Assembly (NCBI GenBank): GCA_963812605.1
Contig: CAWEWF010000006.1
Span: 32,001 to 96,000 of the forward strand
Reading direction: 5' to 3'
DNA from: an uncultured Verrucomicrobiae bacterium
GTDB lineage: Bacteria > Verrucomicrobiota > Verrucomicrobiia > Palsa-1439
DNA: 64,000 bases
Under the pieces are notes generated by a model. The model saw only the letters and a program-made list of their open reading frames with translations, did not search any database and was not told the origin of the DNA. The translations under genes and the position numbers were made by a program. This document shows positions 1 through 8,952 of the stretch, in pieces; within the stretch, counting starts at the first letter, position 1, and each line of letters starts with the position of its first letter.

Positions 1-1565
1 AAGCTCGTTCGATTGTCATCCACGACCAGCACGAGTGAATTGGTGGGCAACACGTCTCCGTGACCATACAACATCGCCAGGAAGGGTAAATCCAACTGTG
101 CCGGTTCCGCGCGCTGCCAATGATCCATCTGCAACAGCCGGTTCTCCTGGACCAGCTTCCCGGTGTCCGCTTGCGCCGCCACAAATTTCGCCGCCACCTG
201 TTTGAATCCAAGCCCGGATCCATACGTGCCCTGCGCCCCGCCATAACGGCTGAGGTACGAATTCACATCCAACAAAAAGATGACGTTGCCGACGAGGAAC
301 ACCGCGATAACGGCCATCAGGATTTTTACTGGTACAGCCCGTTGGGCCAGCGCCCCAAAAATCAGGAAGAACACGGGATACATGATCACATAGTACGACA
401 AATACGTCCACAACCCGGCGACAAGATACACGCCCAGCGGCACGATAAACCACAGCACCAGAATCCAGGCCCGCTTCGATTCTTCATCCGCCGTCACTTC
501 CCGCCGGAAAACGGTTTTCTGGGACTTCGCGGCCACCACGCCGAACCACGCCAGGGCTGCGAGAACCGCCAGCCGTTGCAGTGCCGGCAGCCAATCCCCC
601 AGCGTCAGCGTCGAATCGAAATACCGATTCTGTCCCGCGCCCTTGCTGATCCAAATCCGGTTCGGATCGAATCTCTCGCTGGTGCTCAATCCCAGCACGT
701 CCTCGATCTCGCCGCCATTCATGATCGACAGCGCATGTTGCCACGCCTCCGTCGGTCGTCGCGGAAATGGATAGCCGCTCTGCGGATTGATCGTCACGCC
801 GAGCGGAAGTTGCTCCCAGCGGCTGCTGCTGCGCTCTTCCGACATCCGCTTCCATTCCGCCCAGCCATTCCTCTGTTGCGCCATCACGTACGGCACTGCC
901 AGGGCCATCGCCAGCAGGACGCCGGCAATCGCCAGCCGCCAATCGATCTTCGGTCGCAGGAGAAGCAGGATCGCCACCACCGTCGCGGTCAGCGCGAACC
1001 CACTGTAGTGAATCTGGATCACGCAGAGCGGCAGGCACAATGCCCAAAACACCGCTTTCGGTTTCTTTCCGAGGACCAGCGCGTGCACCGCCCACATCGT
1101 CGCGGTGGCGAACACCGGCACAAAATCCTGCGCCCAGATTTTCCGGGAATAAATCACCGCCCACGGCGCGGTGGCAAACAAGGCCGCCGCCAACAGGCCG
1201 GTCAGCGGACCATAATACTTCCGCCCGATCCACCACGTCGCGACCACCGCTGCCAGTCCGAGACTGGCGATCAGGCAGCATACCCCCGTGATGCTCGACG
1301 TGACGAAGAACATCGGGATCAGCAACCAGATGAACAGCGGCGGGTTCGACACGCCTACGCTCGACATCAAACCCGACGTCGGCAGCTTGCCGCCCCGCAC
1401 AAACTCCAGCGCCCGGTTCGCCGCAAACGCCTCGTCGCCCTTGAATTCCAGCAATTCCAAGTGCTGAAATCGCAACCAGGCACCGACCGCGACAATTACC
1501 GCCAGAATGAGCCACTCCGCCTTGATCGAGAGTGGCAAGCCGGGCGTTGACTGCGGTTTTTTCAA
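1..1565 (-). CDS. ArnT/PMT-like (GT-C fold, family 39/83) membrane glycosyltransferase, runs off the window edge
   Basis: Not in the ORF track; read manually from TTG at 1565 (overlaps the upstream stop): MKKPQSTPG...WLRFQHLELLEFKGDEA...SNPPLFIWLL...APWAVIYSRKIWAQ, many TM segments, no stop seen before position 1. Confidence 0.8.
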   Translation of the reverse strand, partial: MKKPQSTPGLPLSIKAEWLILAVIVAVGAWLRFQHLELLEFKGDEAFAANRALEFVRGGKLPTSGLMSSVGVSNPPLFIWLLIPMFFVTSSITGVCCLIASLGLAAVVATWWIGRKYYGPLTGLLAAALFATAPWAVIYSRKIWAQDFVPVFATATMWAVHALVLGKKPKAVFWALCLPLCVIQIHYSGFALTATVVAILLLLRPKIDWRLAIAGVLLAMALAVPYVMAQQRNGWAEWKRMSEERSSSRWEQLPLGVTINPQSGYPFPRRPTEAWQHALSIMNGGEIEDVLGLSTSERFDPNRIWISKGAGQNRYFDSTLTLGDWLPALQRLAVLAALAWFGVVAAKSQKTVFRREVTADEESKRAWILVLWFIVPLGVYLVAGLWTYLSYYVIMYPVFFLIFGALAQRAVPVKILMAVIAVFLVGNVIFLLDVNSYLSRYGGAQGTYGSGLGFKQVAAKFVAAQADTGKLVQENRLLQMDHWQRAEPAQLDLPFLAMLYGHGDVLPTNSLVLVVDDNRTS

Positions 1566-2314
1566 CGCGTTCTCGCTTTCAATGCCCGAACGACTTTTTG
1601 GACCCGGTTGATGCGAAACAGTTCAAGCCAAATACTCACCGCACGGCGCAAGTTATAGGGAATGCGCGTGTCGGGATCGTGGACCCACGGCACCGCGACT
1701 TCCGCGATCCGATACCCTTCCCGCGTGGCCACCACCAGCATCTCAATGTCGAAGATCGCCGAGTTTGACGTGACCTGCGGAAATACTTTCCGGGCCACCT
1801 CGCCCTTCATCGCCTTGAAACCGCATTGCGTGTCGTAAAAGCCGCGGATGCAGAAGAGTTTCGTCCCGACCCCGAAAAGTTTTCCCGCCAACGCGCGATA
1901 CCAGGCCTGTGGTTGTTCCACGCGGGCGCCCGGCACCGCCCGCGAGCCGATCGCCATATCGTATCCTTCGCGTTCCAATTTCGGGAGCAACTTCTCCACG
2001 GCCGTGATCGGCGTGCTCTGGTCCGCATCGGTGAAAAGCGCGAACTGACCGCGCGCGTCGAGCATGCCCGCCTTCACCGCGCCGCCTTTGCCTCGATTGG
2101 GATTGAGGTCGATCAGTCGCAACATGGGAAACTCATTTGACAATTCGCGCGTCACTTTCGCCGTGTCGTCCCGGCTGCCGTCGTTGACCACGATAATCTC
2201 AAAGGATTGCCCCTTCGATTGCAGAAACTTGACGATCCCGGGTACGAAACGCTTGAGTCGTTCCTGCTCGTTGTACGCGGGAATAACGACCGACAGGTAC
2301 GGGCGCTCTTCCAT
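1562..2314 (-). CDS. Glycosyltransferase family 2, polyprenol-phosphate sugar synthase (DPG synthase-like)
   Basis: LSVVIPAYNE, VVNDGSRD, NRGKGGAV, FTDADQS, DTQCGFK motifs. Confidence 0.9.
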   Translation of the reverse strand: MEERPYLSVVIPAYNEQERLKRFVPGIVKFLQSKGQSFEIIVVNDGSRDDTAKVTRELSNEFPMLRLIDLNPNRGKGGAVKAGMLDARGQFALFTDADQSTPITAVEKLLPKLEREGYDMAIGSRAVPGARVEQPQAWYRALAGKLFGVGTKLFCIRGFYDTQCGFKAMKGEVARKVFPQVTSNSAIFDIEMLVVATREGYRIAEVAVPWVHDPDTRIPYNLRRAVSIWLELFRINRVQKVVRALKARTR

Positions 2315-2321
2315 CGCTGGT

Positions 2322-3446
2322 TCAGGTTGCTTTCCGCAACGCGCCCATTTCGCGCAGCTTCGTTAGCGCTTCCGCGGCGTAATCCCTGTCCAGCTTTTGC
2401 CCGCGGATCCACTCAACATAATCGCGCACGCTGTCGCGCGGGGTTTTGGTCGGTTGCCAGCCGAGACGCTGGAGTTTGGAAATATCCGAGACGCTGTGGC
2501 GCGTATCGCCAACCCGGTACTCGCCGCTGATATTCGGCTCGAGGTTCACCCCGAGGGTTTCCCCGACGATCCCGGCAAATTCGACGACGGTGTAGCCGCG
2601 GCCACCGCCCACGTTGAACACCTCATAGTTCGCCGCATCGCTCTCCAGTGCCAACCGGTTGGCGCGAGCGACATCGCCGACGTTCACGTAATCCCGCAAC
2701 TGCCTGCCGTCCTCAAACACCGACGGGCGTTGTCCCTTCATCATCTGCAAGGTGAAAATGCGCAGCACGCCGGAATAAGCGTTGCGAAACGATTGGTGCG
2801 GCCCTTGCACGATCGAGTAGCGCAACGCCACGCTGGGGATGCCGTAGTTGCGCCCCAACGCGACCGCCATCAATTCCTGCGAGTACTTCGCGATTGAATA
2901 CTGGTTCTTCGGTCCCGCATGCGTCTCCAGTAACGTCAAGGATTGGATCGGCCCGCCGCACTTCGGGCAAAGCGGTTCCCATAAGCCCTTTGCCAGCCGT
3001 TGCGGATCGCGTCCGTCGGGGAAAACTTCGCCATCTTTCGCGCATTGATAGCGCCCCTCGCCATACACGAACTGGCTGCTGGCAACGACCACTTTCCGCA
3101 CCGGTAATTTTTCCGCAACAATCAATTCGTACAACAACGCCGTGCCGACCGAGTTCACGTGGAAAAATTGCGAAAAGTTCGGGAGCAAATCCTGGTAGGC
3201 GGCAAGATGGATGACGACATCGACTCCCCGCAGCGCCTTCGCCCAGTCTTCGCGATTGCGCACATCGCCCGACACGCGCTCAACGTCGCCGGACAACCAA
3301 TCGGGCCACGCGCCGTCGCCGGTATGCACCGGCGGCGTGAGATTATCGAGTACGCGAACTTCGTAGCCGGCGCGCAGGAGTTCGATCGCCGTGTGCGATC
3401 CGATGAAACCCGCCCCGCCTGTAATCAGCGCCAGACCTTTACCCAT
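2322..3446 (-). CDS. NAD-dependent nucleotide-sugar epimerase/dehydratase (extended SDR)
   Basis: ITGGAGFIGSH, YSIAK (YxxxK), RDYVNVGDV; Cys-containing insert. Confidence 0.9.
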   Translation of the reverse strand: MGKGLALITGGAGFIGSHTAIELLRAGYEVRVLDNLTPPVHTGDGAWPDWLSGDVERVSGDVRNREDWAKALRGVDVVIHLAAYQDLLPNFSQFFHVNSVGTALLYELIVAEKLPVRKVVVASSQFVYGEGRYQCAKDGEVFPDGRDPQRLAKGLWEPLCPKCGGPIQSLTLLETHAGPKNQYSIAKYSQELMAVALGRNYGIPSVALRYSIVQGPHQSFRNAYSGVLRIFTLQMMKGQRPSVFEDGRQLRDYVNVGDVARANRLALESDAANYEVFNVGGGRGYTVVEFAGIVGETLGVNLEPNISGEYRVGDTRHSVSDISKLQRLGWQPTKTPRDSVRDYVEWIRGQKLDRDYAAEALTKLREMGALRKAT

Positions 3447-3450
3447 GCGC

Positions 3451-4050
3451 TTACCGGGAATGTGTTTCCTTCAATTTCTCGTACAAGTAGCCCGTGATGA
3501 TGTGGTCGAGAATCATGTGAACGTCTTCCACGGGACCGTATCCATCCGAGGGAACGACGAAACATATCTCCGCCAGCTTCGCCAGCTTGCCGCCGCCAAA
3601 TCCCGCCAGGCCGATTACTTTCACGCCGATCTGTTTCGCCGCCTCGACGGCGGCGACAATATTGGGCGAGTTGCCCGAGGCGGAGATCGCGATCAGCAGG
3701 TCGCCGCGCTGCGCCAGGTTCTTCAGCGGTTCGCTGAAGATGCGGTTGTAGTCCGTGTCGTTCGCCCACGCGGTCATCAGGGAAACGTTATCGGTCAGGG
3801 CGATGACGCGCAATCGCGGCCATGGCGCATCCCCTTTGTGGCCCAGCGTGCCTTTGCAGAGGTCGTTCATCATGTGCGACGCGGTCGCCGCGCTGCCGCC
3901 GTTCCCAATCACAAAGATTTGTCGTCGCTCCTTCTGCGCCAGTTCGATGGCCTGGATGATTTCGTCAACCGGCCCGAGCGGGATGCGATCCAGCACGTCT
4001 TTCAGCCCCCGAATATAATCCTTCGCGAAATCGCCTGCCTTTTTCATCAT
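3451..4050 (-). CDS. gmhA: Sedoheptulose-7-phosphate isomerase (SIS domain)
   Basis: IGNGGSAATASH, TAWAND, ISASGNSPN, EDVHMILDH. Confidence 0.88.
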   Translation of the reverse strand: MMKKAGDFAKDYIRGLKDVLDRIPLGPVDEIIQAIELAQKERRQIFVIGNGGSAATASHMMNDLCKGTLGHKGDAPWPRLRVIALTDNVSLMTAWANDTDYNRIFSEPLKNLAQRGDLLIAISASGNSPNIVAAVEAAKQIGVKVIGLAGFGGGKLAKLAEICFVVPSDGYGPVEDVHMILDHIITGYLYEKLKETHSR

Positions 4051-5031
4051 TCAATACCTTTGCATGTTCACGACAATGCGGCTGCCGCCGCGCTCCAGCC
4101 GAAAGGGCATTTCGCGCAGGTTGGCCAGCGCCTGGCGCACCGCCTGTCGTTTGTTGCTCGGCACGCACAACAGGAAAAATCCGCCGCCACCGGCGCCGGA
4201 AATCTTGCCGCCCAGCGCCCCGGCTTTCACCGCGCGCTCGTAAATCTCGTCCAGCTCCGTGCTGCTGACGCCTTGCGCAAGTTTTCGCTTGGCCTCCCAG
4301 CCCTGATGCAGGATCGCGCCCAACCCGTCGATGTCCGACGCCTCGATCAACTGCCGCACCTGCGCCGCCTGTTCCGTCATTTGTTGCAGCACTTCGACCT
4401 TGCCACCGATGTTGGATTTCTGTTGCGAGAGAATGCTCGACGCCTGCCGCGTCTTGCCCGTGTAGAACAGCATCAGCATGTTATCGAGGTCTTCGAGCAC
4501 CGTGCGCGTTGTCTTTACCGAGGTGATCTTCACCGCGCGGCCCGGGCCGAACTCGAAACAGCGCAAACCGCCGTACGCCGCGATGTATTGGTCCTGCACG
4601 CCAATCGGTTTGCCGAGAATGCCGATCTCGATTTCGCAGGCCTCGCTCGCCAGTTGCTCGACCGTGGGTGTCGCGCCCACGTGATGGTACAACGCGTTCA
4701 GCACCCCCACGGTGACGCTGCTCGACGACCCGAGCCCCGAACCTTCCGCGGGAATGTCCGAGAGAAAAGAAATCTCAATCCCCCTCTGCACCCCGACCTT
4801 GCGCATCGCCTCGCGCACCAGTTCGTGCTCGATCTGGTCAACGGACTCCACGATCTCCTTCTTCGTCCAGTTGACATAGATCTTGTCGTCGAATCGTTCC
4901 TTGGCGATACAGTACACATATTTGTCGATGGCCGTGCTGACCACGCGTCCGCCGTGTTTTTCAAAAAAGTCGGGGAAATCCGTCCCGCCGCCTGCGAGCG
5001 AAATCCGCAATGGTGTCTGCGTGATGATCAA
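4051..5031 (-). CDS. hddA: GHMP kinase, D-glycero-alpha-D-manno-heptose-7-phosphate kinase
   Basis: TPLRISLAGGGTD, GSGLGSSS, GVQDQY, GKISGAGGGGF; adjacent to gmhA. Confidence 0.85.
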   Translation of the reverse strand: MIITQTPLRISLAGGGTDFPDFFEKHGGRVVSTAIDKYVYCIAKERFDDKIYVNWTKKEIVESVDQIEHELVREAMRKVGVQRGIEISFLSDIPAEGSGLGSSSSVTVGVLNALYHHVGATPTVEQLASEACEIEIGILGKPIGVQDQYIAAYGGLRCFEFGPGRAVKITSVKTTRTVLEDLDNMLMLFYTGKTRQASSILSQQKSNIGGKVEVLQQMTEQAAQVRQLIEASDIDGLGAILHQGWEAKRKLAQGVSSTELDEIYERAVKAGALGGKISGAGGGGFFLLCVPSNKRQAVRQALANLREMPFRLERGGSRIVVNMQRY

Positions 5032-5745
5032 TTCAACACTCCCTGTTCAAAATCGTGCTGGGCTTTCGCCAACCGCTCGGGCGTGCCCACGTCCTGGATA
5101 TACGCCTCCGGCTTCATCGCGTACACCGGTCGGTCTTCGGCCAGCAACTTCGGAAACACGTCCTTTCCGAAATCGTAAAACTGTCCCGCCGGAATCGTTT
5201 CCAGCACGGTCGGTTCGATGACGAAAATACCAGCGCTGATGAGATTTGTCGAAACCTGTTTCGGGTCCGGCTTTTCGACAAAACGCAGCACCCGACCGTT
5301 CGAATCCGTCTCCACCACCCCGCCCGTCCACGGCTCGGGCGACGCAAATAGCGCCACCGTCACCTCGGCCTTGTGGGCCCGATGAAACTCGATCAGCGGA
5401 GCAAACTCAACCCGGACCAGGTTATCTCCGTAGAACACGAGGAATGTCCCATCGAGCAGTTCAGGTTCCATTTTCTTTACCGCCCCGGCAGTGCCCAGCA
5501 ATTCCGGCTCGCGCGAATAGGTGATCTTCACGCCGTACCGGCTTCCATCGCCAAAGTAGTTGGTGATCTTTTCGGGAAGATAGTGGAGGTTCACGATCGA
5601 GCTCGCGGATGCCCTGCCGCTTGAAAAGTTCCAGGTGATGTTCGAGCAGGGGCTTGCCGCCCACCGGTACCATCACCTTCGGAAGGTCCAACCCAAGCGA
5701 ACGCAAGCGTGTGCCCAGTCCCGCGGCCAGGATGAAGGCCTTCAT
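5028..5745 (-). CDS. Sugar-phosphate nucleotidyltransferase (HddC/GMPP-like), split by a 1-base frameshift near 5600
   Basis: N-half MKAFILAAGLGTRL..PKVMVPV (ORF 5461-5745) continues as VNLHYLPEKI..LGTAGA..GDN..FVEKP..DVGTPE (ORF 5028-5594); removing one base at GAG CTC G ATC GTG restores ELIVNLH. Confidence 0.85.
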
Positions 5746-5772
5746 CGCTTGCCCGTGTCGCCATTCATTTCT

Positions 5773-5807
5773 CCTCTCCCCTTGGGGGAGAGGATTAAGA
5801 TGAGGGG
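5773..5807. repeat. CCTCTCCCCTTGGGGGAGAGG-type palindromic repeat
   Basis: Hairpin followed by TGAGGGG; second, interrupted copy at 17552-17621. Confidence 0.7.
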
Positions 5808-5841
5808 AAAGGAAACCGTTAGGCGTAGGAAGATCATTGGG

Positions 5842-6492
5842 TCATACCCGCTCGCGCTGCGGCGGCGGAGGCGGCGAATCATCGGCGCCCGTGCTGCGCT
5901 CGCGCAGATAGCGGGACAACACGGCCCACGCCTTCTGCATCGCTTTCGCGCGATGACTGATGCGGTTCTTCACTTCCGGCGAAAGCTCCGCGAAAGTCTT
6001 TGTCTGGCCGTCGGCGATGAAAAGCGGATCGTACCCGAACCCGCCGCCACCGCGCTCGGCCTCGAGGATCGTCCCGTTGCAGATGCCTTCCACGCAGTCG
6101 CACAGGCCGTTCTCGTCGGCAATCGCCACCACGCATCGAAATCGCGCCGTGCGCTTATCATACGCCACGCCTTCGAGCCGCTGGAGCAGTTTCTTGTTGT
6201 TCTCGTGATACGTCGCGTCCTCGCCGGCAAATCGCGCCGATCTCACGCCCGGCTCGCCCTTCAAGGCATCTACCTCCAGCCCCGTATCGTCGGCCAGCGT
6301 CAACTTCTTCGCCGCCCGCGCCGTCTCCACCGCTTTCTTGATCGCGTTATCGCGGATTGTCGCGCCGTCCTCCACGACTTCCGAAAGCCCGCGAATGTCC
6401 GATGCCTGGACGGCCTCCAACGGCAGGTCCTTCAGCAAGGCAGTGAGTTCTTTCAATTTGTGTTTGTTGCGCGAAGCGACAAGTAATTGCAT
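5842..6492 (-). CDS. rdgB: Non-canonical purine NTP pyrophosphatase (XTP/dITP diphosphatase)
   Basis: ASRNKHK, LADDTGLEVDAL, GFGYDPLF, KNRISHR. Confidence 0.93.
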   Translation of the reverse strand: MQLLVASRNKHKLKELTALLKDLPLEAVQASDIRGLSEVVEDGATIRDNAIKKAVETARAAKKLTLADDTGLEVDALKGEPGVRSARFAGEDATYHENNKKLLQRLEGVAYDKRTARFRCVVAIADENGLCDCVEGICNGTILEAERGGGGFGYDPLFIADGQTKTFAELSPEVKNRISHRAKAMQKAWAVLSRYLRERSTGADDSPPPPPQRERV

Positions 6493-6556
6493 GGCCGCGC
6501 ATTATACCGCCCCGCCGCCAAAAATGAAGGACAGAGTGCGGGTCGTTCCCACCCCT

Positions 6557-6583
6557 TGTCATTCCGAGCTTGTCGAGGAATCT
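6557..6583. repeat. Half copy of TGTCATTCYGAG...GAATCT repeat family
   Basis: TGTCATTCCGAGCTTGTCGAGGAATCT; relatives at 28980, 41929, 60004/60296. Confidence 0.65.
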
Positions 6584-6624
6584 CCTGCGCCGCTACACTA
6601 CAAGCGAAGTCATGAGGGAAATCG

Positions 6625-7482
6625 ATGGCAAACGCCCAGCCCGATAAACAGAGTATTCTCGAAGCGATCAGACAAACTGCCAAAACGGTTGGTCATCCGC
6701 CCTCACGCACTGAATTCAAGGCGAATACCGGCATGACGGAGTACCGAGTCATGCAGCACTTCCCGAGTTGGCGAGAAGCTGTCCGTGCCGCAGGACTTCA
6801 ACCCGACGTAACACGCATCAAGATCGATGACGATCAACTCTTGAAGGACTGGGGCGAGCTTGTCCGGAAACTCCGCCAGATTCCCACCCGCTATCTCTAT
6901 GGACGAGAAGGCAACTATAGTCCCGGATCATTTGAAAAACATTTCGGTCCTTGGTCGGCAATCCCCGCGAGATTCCGTGAGTTTGCTCATGGCAAATCCC
7001 AATGGGCCGATGTCATTGCTCTACTGCCGCTGGTGACTCCCAAACCCAGCGTGGAGGTAATCACAAGCACAACAAGCTTTCCACCGGAAAGCCCTAGTCA
7101 GATTGTCGCTCGGCCAAGACATACAAAACTGGACGACCGTTCGACGTATGGCAATCCCATCGACTTTCGAGGACTTCGCCACGAGCCGGTGAATGAACAA
7201 GGCGTAGTATTTCTCTTCGGGATGGTGGCGAAGGAACTTGGTTACATGGTCGAAGCTGTTCAAACCGGATATCCAGACTGCGAAGCCAAGCGGCAAGTCG
7301 CAGGAGGCAGATGGCAAAGAGTAAGAATTGAATTCGAGTTCGAGAGCAGAAACTTTGACCATCCCCCTGAAGGCTGCGACGTCATTGTTTGCTGGCGACA
7401 CAACTGGCCTAATTGCCCGGAGAGAATCGAGGTCGTCGAACTTTCATCCGTGATTAAGACACTGGCCAAATCCGAAGATTGA
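6625..7482 (+). CDS. Two homing-endonuclease-associated repeats plus C-terminal PD-(D/E)XK-like nuclease domain
   Basis: Repeats ending HFPSWREAVRAAGL and KHFGPWSAI; C-terminal NEQGVVFLF...YPDCEA...RIEFEFES...CDVIVCW. Confidence 0.7.
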   Translation: MANAQPDKQSILEAIRQTAKTVGHPPSRTEFKANTGMTEYRVMQHFPSWREAVRAAGLQPDVTRIKIDDDQLLKDWGELVRKLRQIPTRYLYGREGNYSPGSFEKHFGPWSAIPARFREFAHGKSQWADVIALLPLVTPKPSVEVITSTTSFPPESPSQIVARPRHTKLDDRSTYGNPIDFRGLRHEPVNEQGVVFLFGMVAKELGYMVEAVQTGYPDCEAKRQVAGGRWQRVRIEFEFESRNFDHPPEGCDVIVCWRHNWPNCPERIEVVELSSVIKTLAKSED

Positions 7483-7494
7483 CCGCCCTTTTTA

Positions 7495-8937
7495 TTGCGC
7501 ATGAAACCGCGAAAGCGTGACGAATGGGAACGGCGGTTTACGGAACTGCAAGCTTTTCGCCGTCGGTTCGGTCATTGTCGCGTACCGGCGAATTGGCCGG
7601 AGAATCGAATGCTCGCCAAATGGGCCGTCGCGCAACGACAGCGATGGGGACATTCATCCATAGCGCAGCTACGGCGTTTGCATAGATTAGGCTTGGACTT
7701 CTGGTGGCGAGATCGGGAGTGGTTGGAAAAATTCTTCGAGCTGGTGGCCTACCAGCGTCGGCATGGTGATTGCCGCGTGCCACAACGGTGGCGCCCAAGT
7801 CCCGCATTGGCGCACTGGGTCGTGGGTCAACGCAGCAATGAGCGTTCTTGGGCACAGCGGCGCCATCTTGACCAGCTTGGCTTTGACTGGGGACCTCGCA
7901 AGACATGTTGGGACCGGTTCTTCGAGGAATTAAGAGCGTTCAAGCAGCGCCACGATCACTGCCGCGTGTTGAAGAAGTATGGGGCCAGCACTTCGTTGCG
8001 TTATTGGGTGGCAAATCAACGAGGCCGCTGGCGGCGCTACCCGCTTTCGGCTGCGCAAAAGGCAAGGCTGGATAGTTTGGGTTTCGAATGGAACCCGGCC
8101 ACTCGTCTACAGGAACCTATTGAAAGACATTTCGGTGAATTGCAACGGTTTAAGGCTCACTTCGGCCATTGCCGCGTGCCGCATGATTGGCCAGAGGATC
8201 CCAGATTGGGACAATGGGTGAAAAATCAGCGTTCCGCCAAACTATCTTCCAAGAGACGGCAACGGCTCCAGCAATTGGGATTCGATTGGAATCCATTCGA
8301 GACGATTTGGGAAACGCGCTTCGGAGAGTTGCTCGCCTTTCAACAGCGCTTCGGCCACTGCCTTGTCCCGCAACGATGGCCGGAGAATCGCGTCTTGGCC
8401 AGTTGGGTTGAAAGCCAACGGCAACTGTATCGACACGGCCAGCTTTCCAAGAAAAAGCAGGCGCGGCTGAACACGCTGGAGTTCGTCTGGGATGTGCCAC
8501 GTTTGTTCTGGGAACAGCAGTTCACCGATTTGAAGCGATTCAAAACACAGCACGGACATTGTTTGGTACCGCAAAAACAGCGAGCAGATCGCGCGTTGGC
8601 AACCTGGGTAGCCAATCAACGAGTTCTGGCGCGCCGGGATCGGCTCTCGTCCGATCAGAAAGCAAAGCTGGACGCACTGGGCTTTGTCTGGAGCGTCCTT
8701 CACCTCCAATGGGAGGAACGGTTTGCCGAGTTGAAACAATTTAAGACGCTTTACGGTCACTGCCGGGTGACGCAGCGCTGGCGCAGCGACAGAAGACTTT
8801 GGAGTTGGGTGTGTCGTCAACGAGAACGAAGACGGAGACGTCACCTGCCTGCCGAGCAGTTAACACGTCTGAATGCACTAGGATTTATTTGGCAACCTGA
8901 ACGAACTGCGCGTGTCGTACTGCGTAGACAATTCTAG
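7495..8937 (+). CDS. Stand-alone helicase-associated (HA) repeat protein, 7 repeats
   Basis: Seven units of the type WxxxFxELxxFxxxxGHCxVP...LxxWVxxQR...LxxLGFxW; no helicase motifs. Confidence 0.85.
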   Translation: MRMKPRKRDEWERRFTELQAFRRRFGHCRVPANWPENRMLAKWAVAQRQRWGHSSIAQLRRLHRLGLDFWWRDREWLEKFFELVAYQRRHGDCRVPQRWRPSPALAHWVVGQRSNERSWAQRRHLDQLGFDWGPRKTCWDRFFEELRAFKQRHDHCRVLKKYGASTSLRYWVANQRGRWRRYPLSAAQKARLDSLGFEWNPATRLQEPIERHFGELQRFKAHFGHCRVPHDWPEDPRLGQWVKNQRSAKLSSKRRQRLQQLGFDWNPFETIWETRFGELLAFQQRFGHCLVPQRWPENRVLASWVESQRQLYRHGQLSKKKQARLNTLEFVWDVPRLFWEQQFTDLKRFKTQHGHCLVPQKQRADRALATWVANQRVLARRDRLSSDQKAKLDALGFVWSVLHLQWEERFAELKQFKTLYGHCRVTQRWRSDRRLWSWVCRQRERRRRRHLPAEQLTRLNALGFIWQPERTARVVLRRQF

Positions 8938-8952
8938 CGTCCGCCCGTTATA

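Noticed and set aside
120-5178. Long plus-strand ORFs (120-1550, 3391-5178) and similar shadow ORFs elsewhere
   Set aside because: Antisense or off-frame shadows of well-supported genes, expected in GC-rich DNA; Arg/His-rich with no motifs
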